From a bacterium (GTDB lineage Bacteria; Patescibacteriota; Andersenbacteria; UBA10190), in assembly GCA_043811915.1 (NCBI GenBank), contig JBDRMS010000006.1, forward strand, positions 22,870 through 86,869: a stretch of 64,000 bases of DNA, in the 5' to 3' direction. The position numbers and the translations under genes were made by a program. Positions 47,194 to 55,630 of the stretch are shown here, piece by piece; the first letter of the stretch is position 1; each line of letters starts with the position of its first letter. The notes under the pieces were generated by a model. It was not told where the DNA came from and did not search any database. It worked only from the letters and a program-made list of their open reading frames with translations.

Positions 47194-47729
47194 TGTTGTA
47201 TACCAGGCAGGGGGACAGTGGTGCGACGTTCACCTGTCCGGCCGGGTCCAGAGTGTCGAAGCGGTCTAAATTAATTGAGGCGCTGGGGGCTCTGGATGAA
47301 ATAAATTCCTGGCTGGGGTTTTGTAAGGCGCGGTTGCCGGAAGAGGTCGGGTCGCTAAAAGATATCATTCATGGATTGCAGGAGGATTTGTTTATAGTGC
47401 AGGCGGAGCTGGCCGGGGCGGACAAGACAATAACGGCTGACAAAGTAAAAAGGATGGAGGTTCTGACGGATCAAATAGAACAACAGTTGCCGAAGATAAA
47501 TACTTTTTTTATCGCGGGGGAGACGGAGATATCTGCGTCTCTGGATGTGGCGCGGGCGCTGGCGCGCCGGGCCGAGCGGCGGGTGGTTGACGCAGTGGAG
47601 GCAGGGGAAGCGCAGGTGGGGAATGACACGAAAGCTTTTCTCAATCGCCTGTCCAGTGTGCTGTACGTCTTGGTTCGCTTCGCTAACCACAAACTAGGCG
47701 TCACCGAAAAATCACCAACCTACAGATAA
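47190..47729 (+). CDS. pduO: PduO-type ATP:cob(I)alamin adenosyltransferase
   Basis: 179 aa. N-terminal YTRQGDSGATF..GSRVSKRSKLIEALGALDEINSWLG matches the PduO/MMAB-type adenosyltransferase signature. Confidence 0.8.
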   Translation: MMLYTRQGDSGATFTCPAGSRVSKRSKLIEALGALDEINSWLGFCKARLPEEVGSLKDIIHGLQEDLFIVQAELAGADKTITADKVKRMEVLTDQIEQQLPKINTFFIAGETEISASLDVARALARRAERRVVDAVEAGEAQVGNDTKAFLNRLSSVLYVLVRFANHKLGVTEKSPTYR

Positions 47730-47789
47730 TAGCCCTAGGTGGCTTGTAGAGGTAATTCCGAAGATAATCTTCGGAATTGGTGTTACAAT

Positions 47790-47822
47790 AAAAAAGCCCG
47801 ACTTACCTCTTAATCGTCGGGC
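47790..47822 (-). terminator. Rho-independent terminator for the convergent minus-strand operon (GCCCGAC...GTCGGGC hairpin + U-run)
   Basis: On the minus strand, the stem GCCCGAC/GTCGGGC with a 13-nt loop is followed by TTTTTT. A second perfect 10-bp hairpin (AATTCCGAAG-ataat-CTTCGGAATT, 47754-47778) lies just downstream of pduO on the plus strand. Confidence 0.55.
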
Positions 47823-47862
47823 GTGTTGATGGTTTGAATGTGCATGTCAGTGTACGAACGAG

Positions 47863-48699
47863 CTACTTTACCTCTAGCCTGTCACCGAGAATGGCGTCGA
47901 TCTCCGCGACAGTTTCGGCCGGTTCCTTCAGGTCTTGGAGGAGGGTATCCACGGAACTGATGTCGTTTTCTACAGCCGCCTCGTCCCATTTTTCCCCCTC
48001 TACCCTAAGTTCAGTTTCGACATTCACCAGCAGTGCTTCGATTTTTTCCTCAATACCAGCCAGCTGGTTGGACAGTGAAGTGCTGTTGCCTACGGCGTAG
48101 GAAGACTGGAGAGCTTTCAAAGCCACAGATTTGGCATCGATAGCCGCCAGCTGTGACTTGAACCGTTCTACTTTGTCCCGGGCAACTATCTGTTTTTGGC
48201 CAAGTCCTTCGGCTGTCTTTTGCATAACCAGCTGTGCCTCCTGCAATCCGGAAATACTCCCTGCCTTGTTTTTCCTGAGAGTAATCAATCGGTCAGACGT
48301 TCTTTGAATGTCATCCACGGAGTAGGTTCTACCCGCTATCTCGACCGGTGCAGACCCGGTAAGTTTTGTGCGCAGTCTACTTAGTGTCTGATCTATCTGC
48401 TGCACCGACTCCTCCAGAGACTTAATTTCTCTGTCCAGACGCTCCGCTTTGACTGTCGTCTGGATTCTTGTTCTGCGCATGGCTTCAATATCGCTCTTGA
48501 CTTTCTCCATCGCCAAGGTGATTGCCTTGCGCTCCACGGCTAACTTGCCCAGAACCCTATCAATTCGTTCCAGAAAACTGTCAGCCACCAACTCGCCGCG
48601 GGCACCGAGATCCTTGACGAAAAAGGCGGCGCCCAAGGCGAGCAACGCAACAATAACCAGCACGATTACCAAGACTCTCATTTTAGTGTCTCCTAACAA
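47863..48699 (-). CDS. membrane-anchored long coiled-coil protein (PspA/IM30-like?)
   Basis: 278 aa. N-terminal TM (VLVIVLVIVALLALGAAFFV) followed by about 230 aa of heptad-rich helix. Confidence 0.4.
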   Translation of the reverse strand: MLGDTKMRVLVIVLVIVALLALGAAFFVKDLGARGELVADSFLERIDRVLGKLAVERKAITLAMEKVKSDIEAMRRTRIQTTVKAERLDREIKSLEESVQQIDQTLSRLRTKLTGSAPVEIAGRTYSVDDIQRTSDRLITLRKNKAGSISGLQEAQLVMQKTAEGLGQKQIVARDKVERFKSQLAAIDAKSVALKALQSSYAVGNSTSLSNQLAGIEEKIEALLVNVETELRVEGEKWDEAAVENDISSVDTLLQDLKEPAETVAEIDAILGDRLEVK

Positions 48700-48807
48700 G
48701 AGGAAGAAAGTGGTACTAGATACGTCAGTCCGTTTTGCCAGGGTTCCAGAGTTGTCTTTTACATCTTATTACCTCCTTCTCATAAACTGTTGTGGTCTTT
48801 TAGGAAA

Positions 48808-49731
48808 CTACCGTTTGAGTTCTTGCTCGAGGATGGCTTCGACGTTGAGGCCGCGCACCACGTTGTTACCTGATAACAACTGTGTCATCTGCTCGTCCAC
48901 TTCTGCCAGAATCGTTTCAATTTCCTGAACATCAGACTCTGACAGCTCCGTCCCTGCCAAGCCCTCGCGACGTTTCAAGCGACGTTCCGCCGACTCCAGT
49001 TGGCTGATCATGACAGTGTAACTGGCGTGCCTTTCTTCTGCCTCGCTAATTTGCTGTACCAGCTCGGTCAGCTCATTGGCCAGAGGCCGGGCGGAGGCCA
49101 GAGGCCGGGCGGAAGGAGAGCGTTGCAGGTCTGATGCCGACTTAACGCCCAAGAAACGTAGACCGCTAACGAGATTACTGCGGTCTTTCTTAAATCTCTC
49201 CAGACGGGACACTATGTTCTCGTCTTTCTGGCGGATTTCGGCCAGACGAGCATCAAGACGACCGGAAGATTGAGCGATATTGTTGTTTGGTGACTGTAGT
49301 GGAGTGTAGCGTCCCTCGAGCCGTTTAATGATAGTCTCATCTCTGTGATGACCTTCAGAACGGACTAGCAAGAGTTCACCGGAGGGCAATATTTCTTTAG
49401 AGAAACAATGTGAATAGAAACTATCATAGCTGCCCGGCTCGAGATGCACCCCCAAGTTCTTAACGCGGACCGAAATACCTGATCTCGTGGTTGAGTAGGT
49501 TGTTCTGTAAGTGTCGGAGCCAGCGGTGACAATCAGATGTCCCCCCGCGGTGAAATCTAAAACAGTTGATGAGTCGCCCGTTTTTTTCCATTGTCTGCAG
49601 AGAACGTCCCGTCGCCCTTCTATGTCGGGATCATCGTAGACACCGAGCAGATAACCACAGATGGCAAGGTAGGGTGCTGAAATTATAAATATCCTAAACC
49701 ATCTTTTCTCGAGCCAATCCAACCAACTCAT
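48808..49731 (-). CDS. hypothetical membrane-anchored protein with C-terminal coiled coil and internal tandem repeat
   Basis: 307 aa. N-terminal TM, a globular middle domain and a C-terminal coiled coil. Contains an in-frame 18-nt tandem duplication at ~49080-49116 encoding SARPLASARPLA. Confidence 0.4.
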   Translation of the reverse strand: MSWLDWLEKRWFRIFIISAPYLAICGYLLGVYDDPDIEGRRDVLCRQWKKTGDSSTVLDFTAGGHLIVTAGSDTYRTTYSTTRSGISVRVKNLGVHLEPGSYDSFYSHCFSKEILPSGELLLVRSEGHHRDETIIKRLEGRYTPLQSPNNNIAQSSGRLDARLAEIRQKDENIVSRLERFKKDRSNLVSGLRFLGVKSASDLQRSPSARPLASARPLANELTELVQQISEAEERHASYTVMISQLESAERRLKRREGLAGTELSESDVQEIETILAEVDEQMTQLLSGNNVVRGLNVEAILEQELKR

Positions 49732-50025
49732 TTTTATGTCTCCAGTTTGAGGTAGGCGGTGGAAAAAACGTGTTTGTTACGTTCTCATATTCAATTGTGA
49801 AGAGAACAACACGGACGAAACGACTATTCATTTAAGCACGAATAAAGATGCTCTGTCAAGGTCTTTATTATGTCTAAGCGCTGGGGGCTTGCTTGAGCTT
49901 GTTAAGGCTTCTAGTGGCATTTCTAAAGCTAAGGTTTAGAAATGCGTCTAGGCGGCGTGTGGAGGTTGTATTTTGCGATTGACTTGTTGGCGAAAGAGTA
50001 ATAAAAAGAGGGGTGTTGTTCTTTT

Positions 50026-50118
50026 GGGGACGTAGATCAATTGGGAGATCACTCCAGCTGGCCGCAAATGTGCACTATGCGGCAGGAGAGGTTAGGGGTT
50101 CGATTCCCTTCGTCTCCA
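50026..50118 (+). tRNA. aberrant tRNA-like element (~92 nt): canonical acceptor, D- and T-arms but an expanded bulged hairpin in place of a standard anticodon arm
   Basis: Acceptor GGGGACG/CGTCTCC (one G.U) with discriminator A. D-arm GATC-AATTGGGA-GATC. T-arm AGGGG-TTCGATT-CCCTT. The central 43 nt form CTCC..GCCGCA-aatgtgcacta-TGCGGC..GGAG rather than a 5-bp/7-nt anticodon arm. Confidence 0.4.
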
Positions 50119-50187
50119 TTTCCCCTGCGGGGGATTTTTTCTTGCTTGATACTGAAGTGAAAGTAGAGTATTAATGAAAGTATTACT

Positions 50188-50769
50188 ATGATTGAAAGGA
50201 CTTTAGTCATCGTGAAGCCGGACGGGGTGCAGCGCGGTTTGCTGGGAGAAATAATCGGTCGTTTTGAAAGGGCCGGTTTGAAGGTTGTGGGCATGAAAAT
50301 GGTGTGGCCCAACGAAGAGCTAGTAGGCCGGCATTATACTGGTGATGAGGAATACTTAGAGAGTGTGGGGGAGAAGGCGCTCGCCAGTGCCAGGGAGAGG
50401 GGAGCGGAGTTGAAGGAAACGGCGCTGGAAATTGGCCGGCGGGTAAGAGAGACCAACATGAAATATATTTCAACCGGCCCGGTACTGGCTTTTGTGTTGG
50501 AGGGGAATACGGCGGTGCAGACGGTGCGCAACATGATCGGTGGCACAAACCCGCTAAGTGCGGATATCGGTACAATCCGGGGCGACCTGACGATTGATGA
50601 CTTTACTCAAGCGGACAGCGAGGAAAGATCAGTGCGGAACCTGATGCATGCTTCAGGAGATTTGGCAGAGGCCGAGCGGGAGATAAAACTTTGGTTTGAA
50701 GAGAGTGAGTTGCATAATTACCAGACGGTGATGGATAAAGTGTTGCACGATCCAAGTTGGGGCAAATGA
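50188..50769 (+). CDS. ndk: nucleoside diphosphate kinase with ~35-aa internal insertion
   Basis: 193 aa. N-terminus TLVIVKPDGVQRGLLGEIIGRFE and an active-site His region (NLMHASGDLAEAEREIKLWF). Has an extra segment between the HY and GPV motifs. Confidence 0.8.
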   Translation: MIERTLVIVKPDGVQRGLLGEIIGRFERAGLKVVGMKMVWPNEELVGRHYTGDEEYLESVGEKALASARERGAELKETALEIGRRVRETNMKYISTGPVLAFVLEGNTAVQTVRNMIGGTNPLSADIGTIRGDLTIDDFTQADSEERSVRNLMHASGDLAEAEREIKLWFEESELHNYQTVMDKVLHDPSWGK

Positions 50770-52160
50770 GAAAAATAGGGCTGGCGGAGTATGGTCTGAT
50801 GTTTGCGCTGGGGGTGTTTGTGTTGTTGAAAATTATATATTCTTTTCCCCGCTTCTCTGACGGTAATGCTTATATGTACATGGCGAAGCTGGTAGCAGGC
50901 GGGGCTGTCCCCTATCGGGATTTTTTTCTGGCTTCCCCGCCGTTGATTGTCTACGTTTTTGCTCTATTCGGTAAAATATTTGGCTTTAGCTGGAGAACAT
51001 TTAATTACTTGCCAGTATCTTTTTCAGTCGTTGATGGCCTGGTTATTTACACGTTATTTCGAAATGTTTTTGGTAAGCTGGCCAGGCTATCGGCAGTGAT
51101 AGTGTACTTGTTTTCTTTTACAGTACTGTCCACGACAGATTTTTATAGCGGTATTCATTTGGCACTGACACTGGCACTACTGGGAGTTTTGGCTATGGTA
51201 CGCCGCTGGCCGCTGTTGGCCGGGCTGCTGTTTAGTTTAGCGGTATTGGGGAAGCTATACATGATTGTTATTATTGGCGCGTTGGTAGTATACATGTTGT
51301 TCAGACAAAAGTGGCTGGAGACGCTGAAAATACTAATAGGTTTTGTGGCGGTGACAGGAGTGGTGTATCTAATCTTTTGGGCCTTGGCTGGCTCGCAGTT
51401 TTGGAATGATATCTTTTTGAATCATTTGGACAAGGTGGAGGGAATACCCAAGGGACGGGTGATAAAGTTTTTTGTACTGCACGATTGGTGGTTGTTGCTG
51501 GCAGTACCGCTCTCTCTTTACTGGCGGCGGTGGATGTTGGGATTGATAGCGCTGCCGATTATATTTTGGGGCATCTTTTTAATGGTGTTTCCGAATATAT
51601 ATTATGTACACTTCAAGTTATTGGTGGTGTGGCTGGCGTTGCTATGGGGTTGGAACATAATGCAGATGTGGAAGCGATGGCCGGGGCTGAGAACAGCAAC
51701 AGTCGCAGTGTTGCTACTGGCGGCAATTGCAGGGACGGGTGTGTGGCAGTGGCGGGGACAACAAGCAGAAGCGGCGGTGATTACAGATGTGGGTGACATG
51801 GTAAAGTCGATTGCCAGGCTGACAGAAGGAGAAAAGCCTGTTTATGGCGACTATACCCTGGTTCCTCTGCTGGCACTGGAGGCAAACCGGCCTATATTTG
51901 GAGATTACATTGATGTGAACCCGATGTATTTTGATGCGGGCATATTTGATTACGCCAGGCGGGGGGAGGAACTCAAGGAAGCAGGAGTAAATACAATCAT
52001 CACTAAAGGTTTGGTGAATGAGAGTGGCCGCCTGCTAACGGGGCCGGAGACGGTTTTGCCGTTGGATTTTTTTAGTAAATACTGTCGGATGGCGCGGACT
52101 TGGCCGATTGCGAGAGACTATTCGCACAATGCGGTGATAATCTGGCGGTGTGAATATTAG
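50757..52160 (+). CDS. polytopic membrane protein, GT-C-fold glycosyltransferase-like (ArnT/PMT-like)
   Basis: 467 aa, about 11-12 TM helices, with a periplasmic C-terminal globular region. Topology resembles GT39/GT83 enzymes. No motif confirmed. Confidence 0.4.
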   Translation: MGQMRKIGLAEYGLMFALGVFVLLKIIYSFPRFSDGNAYMYMAKLVAGGAVPYRDFFLASPPLIVYVFALFGKIFGFSWRTFNYLPVSFSVVDGLVIYTLFRNVFGKLARLSAVIVYLFSFTVLSTTDFYSGIHLALTLALLGVLAMVRRWPLLAGLLFSLAVLGKLYMIVIIGALVVYMLFRQKWLETLKILIGFVAVTGVVYLIFWALAGSQFWNDIFLNHLDKVEGIPKGRVIKFFVLHDWWLLLAVPLSLYWRRWMLGLIALPIIFWGIFLMVFPNIYYVHFKLLVVWLALLWGWNIMQMWKRWPGLRTATVAVLLLAAIAGTGVWQWRGQQAEAAVITDVGDMVKSIARLTEGEKPVYGDYTLVPLLALEANRPIFGDYIDVNPMYFDAGIFDYARRGEELKEAGVNTIITKGLVNESGRLLTGPETVLPLDFFSKYCRMARTWPIARDYSHNAVIIWRCEY

Positions 52161-52810
52161 GGAATAAAGGGCACAAAGACGAAGCCGGGGAACTCCTCTT
52201 TGGTGAAACCGTCTTTTTCTTTAATGATGAGTACCAGGCTGTGGCCGACGGGGGCGACCAGGCGGCCGTTGGTTTTTAATTGATCCAGCCAGGCCGAAGA
52301 AACTTCTTTAAGGGCGGCGGCGGCGATTATTTTGTCAAACGGTCCTTGAGCGGGCAGGCCGTCGGCGGCGCTTTGACATTGCATTTGGACGATACCCTTT
52401 TTGATAAAGTTATATTTGGAGATGTTGGTAATGCTTTGTCTGTGCAGTTCGAGTACTAATTCCAAGCCATATATTTTGCCTTGAGGACCGACGATATGGG
52501 CCAGGAGCGCTGTTTGCCAGCCAGAACCGGAGCCGATGTCCAGAATTTTTTCGCCGGGGGCAGGTTGCAACAGTTCCAGCATGAAAGCTACGGTCAGGGG
52601 TTGGGAGATGGTTTGACTGTGGCCCAGGGGCAGAGGGGCATTGATGTAGGCCTGGCCCTTCAGGTTTGTTGGAACAAAGTCGGCGCGGTCGATATTTTTG
52701 AAGGACTTAATTATGCGTGGACTCTTTAGTATTCCTTTGGTGATGAGTTGTTCAACTAATTGCTGGCTAGACATGTATTGTAATATTGATAAATTTACGG
52801 TAACTTGCAA
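52157..52810 (-). CDS. pcm: protein-L-isoaspartate O-methyltransferase
   Basis: 217 aa. SAM-binding motif LDIGSGSGWQTALLA and a PCMT-specific pre-motif (GHSQTISQPLTVAFMLELL). Confidence 0.8.
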   Translation of the reverse strand: MQVTVNLSILQYMSSQQLVEQLITKGILKSPRIIKSFKNIDRADFVPTNLKGQAYINAPLPLGHSQTISQPLTVAFMLELLQPAPGEKILDIGSGSGWQTALLAHIVGPQGKIYGLELVLELHRQSITNISKYNFIKKGIVQMQCQSAADGLPAQGPFDKIIAAAALKEVSSAWLDQLKTNGRLVAPVGHSLVLIIKEKDGFTKEEFPGFVFVPFIP

Positions 52811-52860
52811 ATTCTGCGAGAGGGTGGTTTGTTCGTTGACAATTTATTAACGCCTGTTAA

Positions 52861-54816
52861 GTGGAGAAAAGAGAGATGATAGCTCAAGGCCTGGAGAGAG
52901 TGGAAGTTATTCTGATTAAACTGACGCATTATGATGACGATGGCTTTCCTTACTGCTATGCCAGGGGAGTGCAGCCGCCTAATACATTGGCGGTGATGGA
53001 AAATCTTGTGAGCCAGGCAATGATGCACATTCTGCCGGCAGAGGTGTCCTGTCGCGTGAGAGTGTTTGATGAAAGTGTGTGGCGTGATCTGCGTGGTCAT
53101 AAGGCGCTGGAAAGATCGCCAAAGATGTGGCAGGAAAACACTATGGTAATTGTGTGCCTGGTGGGCGTGCAGTCATCGCAGTTTCCGCGAGCGTGCGACC
53201 TGATTCTTCGGTGGCAGAGAAGAGGAGCGGTTTGTGCTATTGGTGGAGCCCATGTCAGCGGGACTATTGCCACCATGCTGGACGGGATCAAAGACAAGGA
53301 TCGTCCGGATGTGCCGTGTCCTCACATTATGCCGCCGGAGCTGAATGCGTTAATGGCAAGTGGCGTGACGGTGTTCGAGGGCGAGGCGGAGCCGCACGCT
53401 GATGGCAGCAGCGTTTTGCAGCAAATGTTGGCTGATATGACACATGGCAGGCAGCTGGGCTTGTATCGTGGCGGGCGGCCGGATTTGACAAGTGCTGGTC
53501 TGCCGATGGTTTCACCCGATCGTTTCGGTGGATACGTGACGTGCACTGACACTGTTGGTCTCGGCCGTGGTTGTCCGCACAAATGTAGTTTTTGCTGCGT
53601 GATTAACTTTCAGGGAAGGAAGATTCGCAGTCGGGAACCCAATGTTGTTTTGGCTTATGTCAGGGAGGTATGTGAACGGGAAGGAAGAATATTGTTCTTT
53701 CTATACGATGACAACTTTGGGTGTAACCCGAGACGCGAGCAGTTGCTGGGCGGCTTAACTGCTTTGAGGAATCAGGGATTTAACATCCGGTTTATGGTTC
53801 AGATAGATTCCAGAGCATTGGGGAGAACGGGGTTTATTGAGAAGCTGGCTGCAGCAGGATGCGGACAAATATTTGTAGGTATCGAATCGCTGGATGATGG
53901 AAATCTTGCCGCGGCTGGCAAAGGGCATAACCGTAGAGCTGACTATGAAGCTATCTTTGTCAGGTGTCACAGATATGGCATCATCGTTCATGCTTCCATG
54001 ATGGTTGGTATGCAGCATGATACACCAGAGTCGGTGTCGGCAGAGATGGATCGATTGGCCGAGCTGGGCGCCGATGTGATGAGCCTGTATATATGTATGC
54101 CGGTGCCGGGCAGTGAGGACCATGTGCGTTTGTACTGTGAAGGCGGCCTTGGGGAAGTTGATTTAAATGCCATGGGTGGATATATCCCCACAGTTGATCA
54201 TCCCCTCATGTCGCGCGAGGAGCTGGTGCAGTTGTATCGGAAATCGTGGTTGCAGTTTCATCGTGTTCGCAACATGGTTGCCGCCTTAAAGCGATTCAGC
54301 AATCGGGAGGACCGCTGGCGCTTACTGCGTGTGTATATGTGGTATCGCTGGGCCATGAAGGTAGAGCATACTCACGCCATGAACGCCGGGCTTTATCGGG
54401 TGAGACCGTACTTTGAGCGGCGGCCGATTAGTCCTAAATTGTCGTTTGCTCTCTACTTGCTGCAGGAAGCGTGGCGCCATATGCGATACCTGGGCCTGTT
54501 TCTGGCGGAGTTCTATGTTTTCCAGCACGTGTATCTGGAGACAGAGTTCGCGCCGAAGCTGGCCGAACAGCGGGGTAAGGTGATCGACCGGGTGAGTGGA
54601 TTCCGCGACTGGTGGCGCCTGACGTTCGGCGACATCATGACCCGCGCCTGGCTCAACAACTTCTGGAAAAATTATGGGCGCAACCGCTGGAAGCTACTCG
54701 TGCCATGGCATTGGTGGAAACACCTGGTGGCTGTCCCGCACGCTTTTTCCGAGATAGTCTATACTATCCGGGTCGCGGCGTTGTTTCGGCGGCTCTTCAA
54801 AATGGCGAATTTGTGA
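52861..54816 (+). CDS. B12-binding domain radical SAM protein
   Basis: 651 aa. N-terminal Rossmann-like cobalamin-binding domain, a CxxxCxxC cluster (GCPHKCSFCCV) and an extended C-terminal helical region. Confidence 0.7.
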   Translation: MEKREMIAQGLERVEVILIKLTHYDDDGFPYCYARGVQPPNTLAVMENLVSQAMMHILPAEVSCRVRVFDESVWRDLRGHKALERSPKMWQENTMVIVCLVGVQSSQFPRACDLILRWQRRGAVCAIGGAHVSGTIATMLDGIKDKDRPDVPCPHIMPPELNALMASGVTVFEGEAEPHADGSSVLQQMLADMTHGRQLGLYRGGRPDLTSAGLPMVSPDRFGGYVTCTDTVGLGRGCPHKCSFCCVINFQGRKIRSREPNVVLAYVREVCEREGRILFFLYDDNFGCNPRREQLLGGLTALRNQGFNIRFMVQIDSRALGRTGFIEKLAAAGCGQIFVGIESLDDGNLAAAGKGHNRRADYEAIFVRCHRYGIIVHASMMVGMQHDTPESVSAEMDRLAELGADVMSLYICMPVPGSEDHVRLYCEGGLGEVDLNAMGGYIPTVDHPLMSREELVQLYRKSWLQFHRVRNMVAALKRFSNREDRWRLLRVYMWYRWAMKVEHTHAMNAGLYRVRPYFERRPISPKLSFALYLLQEAWRHMRYLGLFLAEFYVFQHVYLETEFAPKLAEQRGKVIDRVSGFRDWWRLTFGDIMTRAWLNNFWKNYGRNRWKLLVPWHWWKHLVAVPHAFSEIVYTIRVAALFRRLFKMANL

Positions 54817-54902
54817 GGTACTTTCAACCTGCCGGGGACGGCAGGTTTTTTTGTAGGCTTGGCGTAGGCGGGTATTTGTGCAACGATTGGGGCGGAGTAG
54901 AA

Positions 54903-54973
54903 CGGGGTGTAGTATAGTGGTAGTACGCAAGGCTGGGGGTCTTGTAGTCCGGGTCCGATTCCCGGCACCCCGA
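54903..54973 (+). tRNA. tRNA-Pro (anticodon GGG)
   Basis: Sequence CGGGGTG-TA-GTAT-AGTGGTA-GTAC-G-CAAGG-CTGGGGG-TCTTG-TAGT-CCGGG-TCCGATT-CCCGG-CACCCCG-A. All four arms are canonical and the anticodon loop CTGGGGG gives GGG. Confidence 0.75.
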
Positions 54974-54981
54974 CAGATGAT

Positions 54982-55167
54982 TTATGCAACTTTCTTGGTG
55001 GCGGTTTTGATGCACTTGACGCAGGCTAATATAGTACTGCCCTGGTAAGTGGTTTTTTGCAGGTTGGGTTTGAATGATCGCTTGGCGGTGATGTTGCGGT
55101 GGCCACGCAGAAGTTTCCGGTGGTGACCGATCGATTTAATTTTTCCGCAAATTGCGCAGCTTCTTGC
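54982..55167 (-). CDS. rpmB: 50S ribosomal protein L28
   Basis: MARSCAICGKIKSIGHHRKLLRGHRNITAKRSFKPNLQKTTYQGSTILACVKCIKTATKK fits the L28 pattern (C..CGK...G......H..N.TKR.F.PNLQ). The start is the internal Met of the longer ORF. Confidence 0.7.
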   Translation of the reverse strand, partial: ARSCAICGKIKSIGHHRKLLRGHRNITAKRSFKPNLQKTTYQGSTILACVKCIKTATKKVA

Positions 55168-55344
55168 CATGGGAAGAAGAATAAAGAAAAAGAGAAAAAT
55201 AAGCAATAGCTTGTAGTAACTGCTCGCTTAAGTTGAAAGCACCCGTCATGGGAGCATCTAACCCGCTCATTTTAACCGTCGTTTATATAAAAAAGAGCTC
55301 GGAGCATAAGCTTCGAGCTAAAGTGCCAGAAGAAATCAGACGTG

Positions 55345-55578
55345 TCACTTTAAGGCAACCTTCTTTCGCTTCAGCAACTTCGCTGCCTCTTCAAGATTGT
55401 CCTCATACCTCGCTTCTTCCAGAGCCTGACCGATGGTATTGCCTGGCTTCAGATTCTTTTTGGCTATCAAAAGCAAGGCAACCGTGTAGAGCTCTGGGTC
55501 TTCCGCGAAGAATTCTTCAGCTTCCAGTTTTAGGGCAATCTGCTCCACGATAGGGTAAACCACGTCATTCAGTTTCAT
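55345..55578 (-). CDS. small acidic helical hypothetical protein (possible partner of upstream 278-aa ORF)
   Basis: 77 aa, predicted all-helical and acidic. Lies immediately downstream of, and co-oriented with, the 278-aa ORF. Confidence 0.35.
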   Translation of the reverse strand: MKLNDVVYPIVEQIALKLEAEEFFAEDPELYTVALLLIAKKNLKPGNTIGQALEEARYEDNLEEAAKLLKRKKVALK

Positions 55579-55630
55579 AGCGGCTCTCCTTGTTGGTTAG
55601 GGTACTACAGATACCATAACAAATTAGGGG

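Noticed and set aside
49079-49116. Tandem 18-nt repeat (ccagaggccgggcggagg x2), as a possible CRISPR or satellite
   Set aside because: There are only two copies, in frame, inside a coding region (encoding SARPLASARPLA), with no spacer structure. It is a simple in-gene duplication.
55233-55553. 106-aa plus-strand ORF
   Set aside because: It overlaps the better-supported minus-strand 77-aa ORF and the rpmB promoter region. It has no RBS and its sequence is low-complexity.
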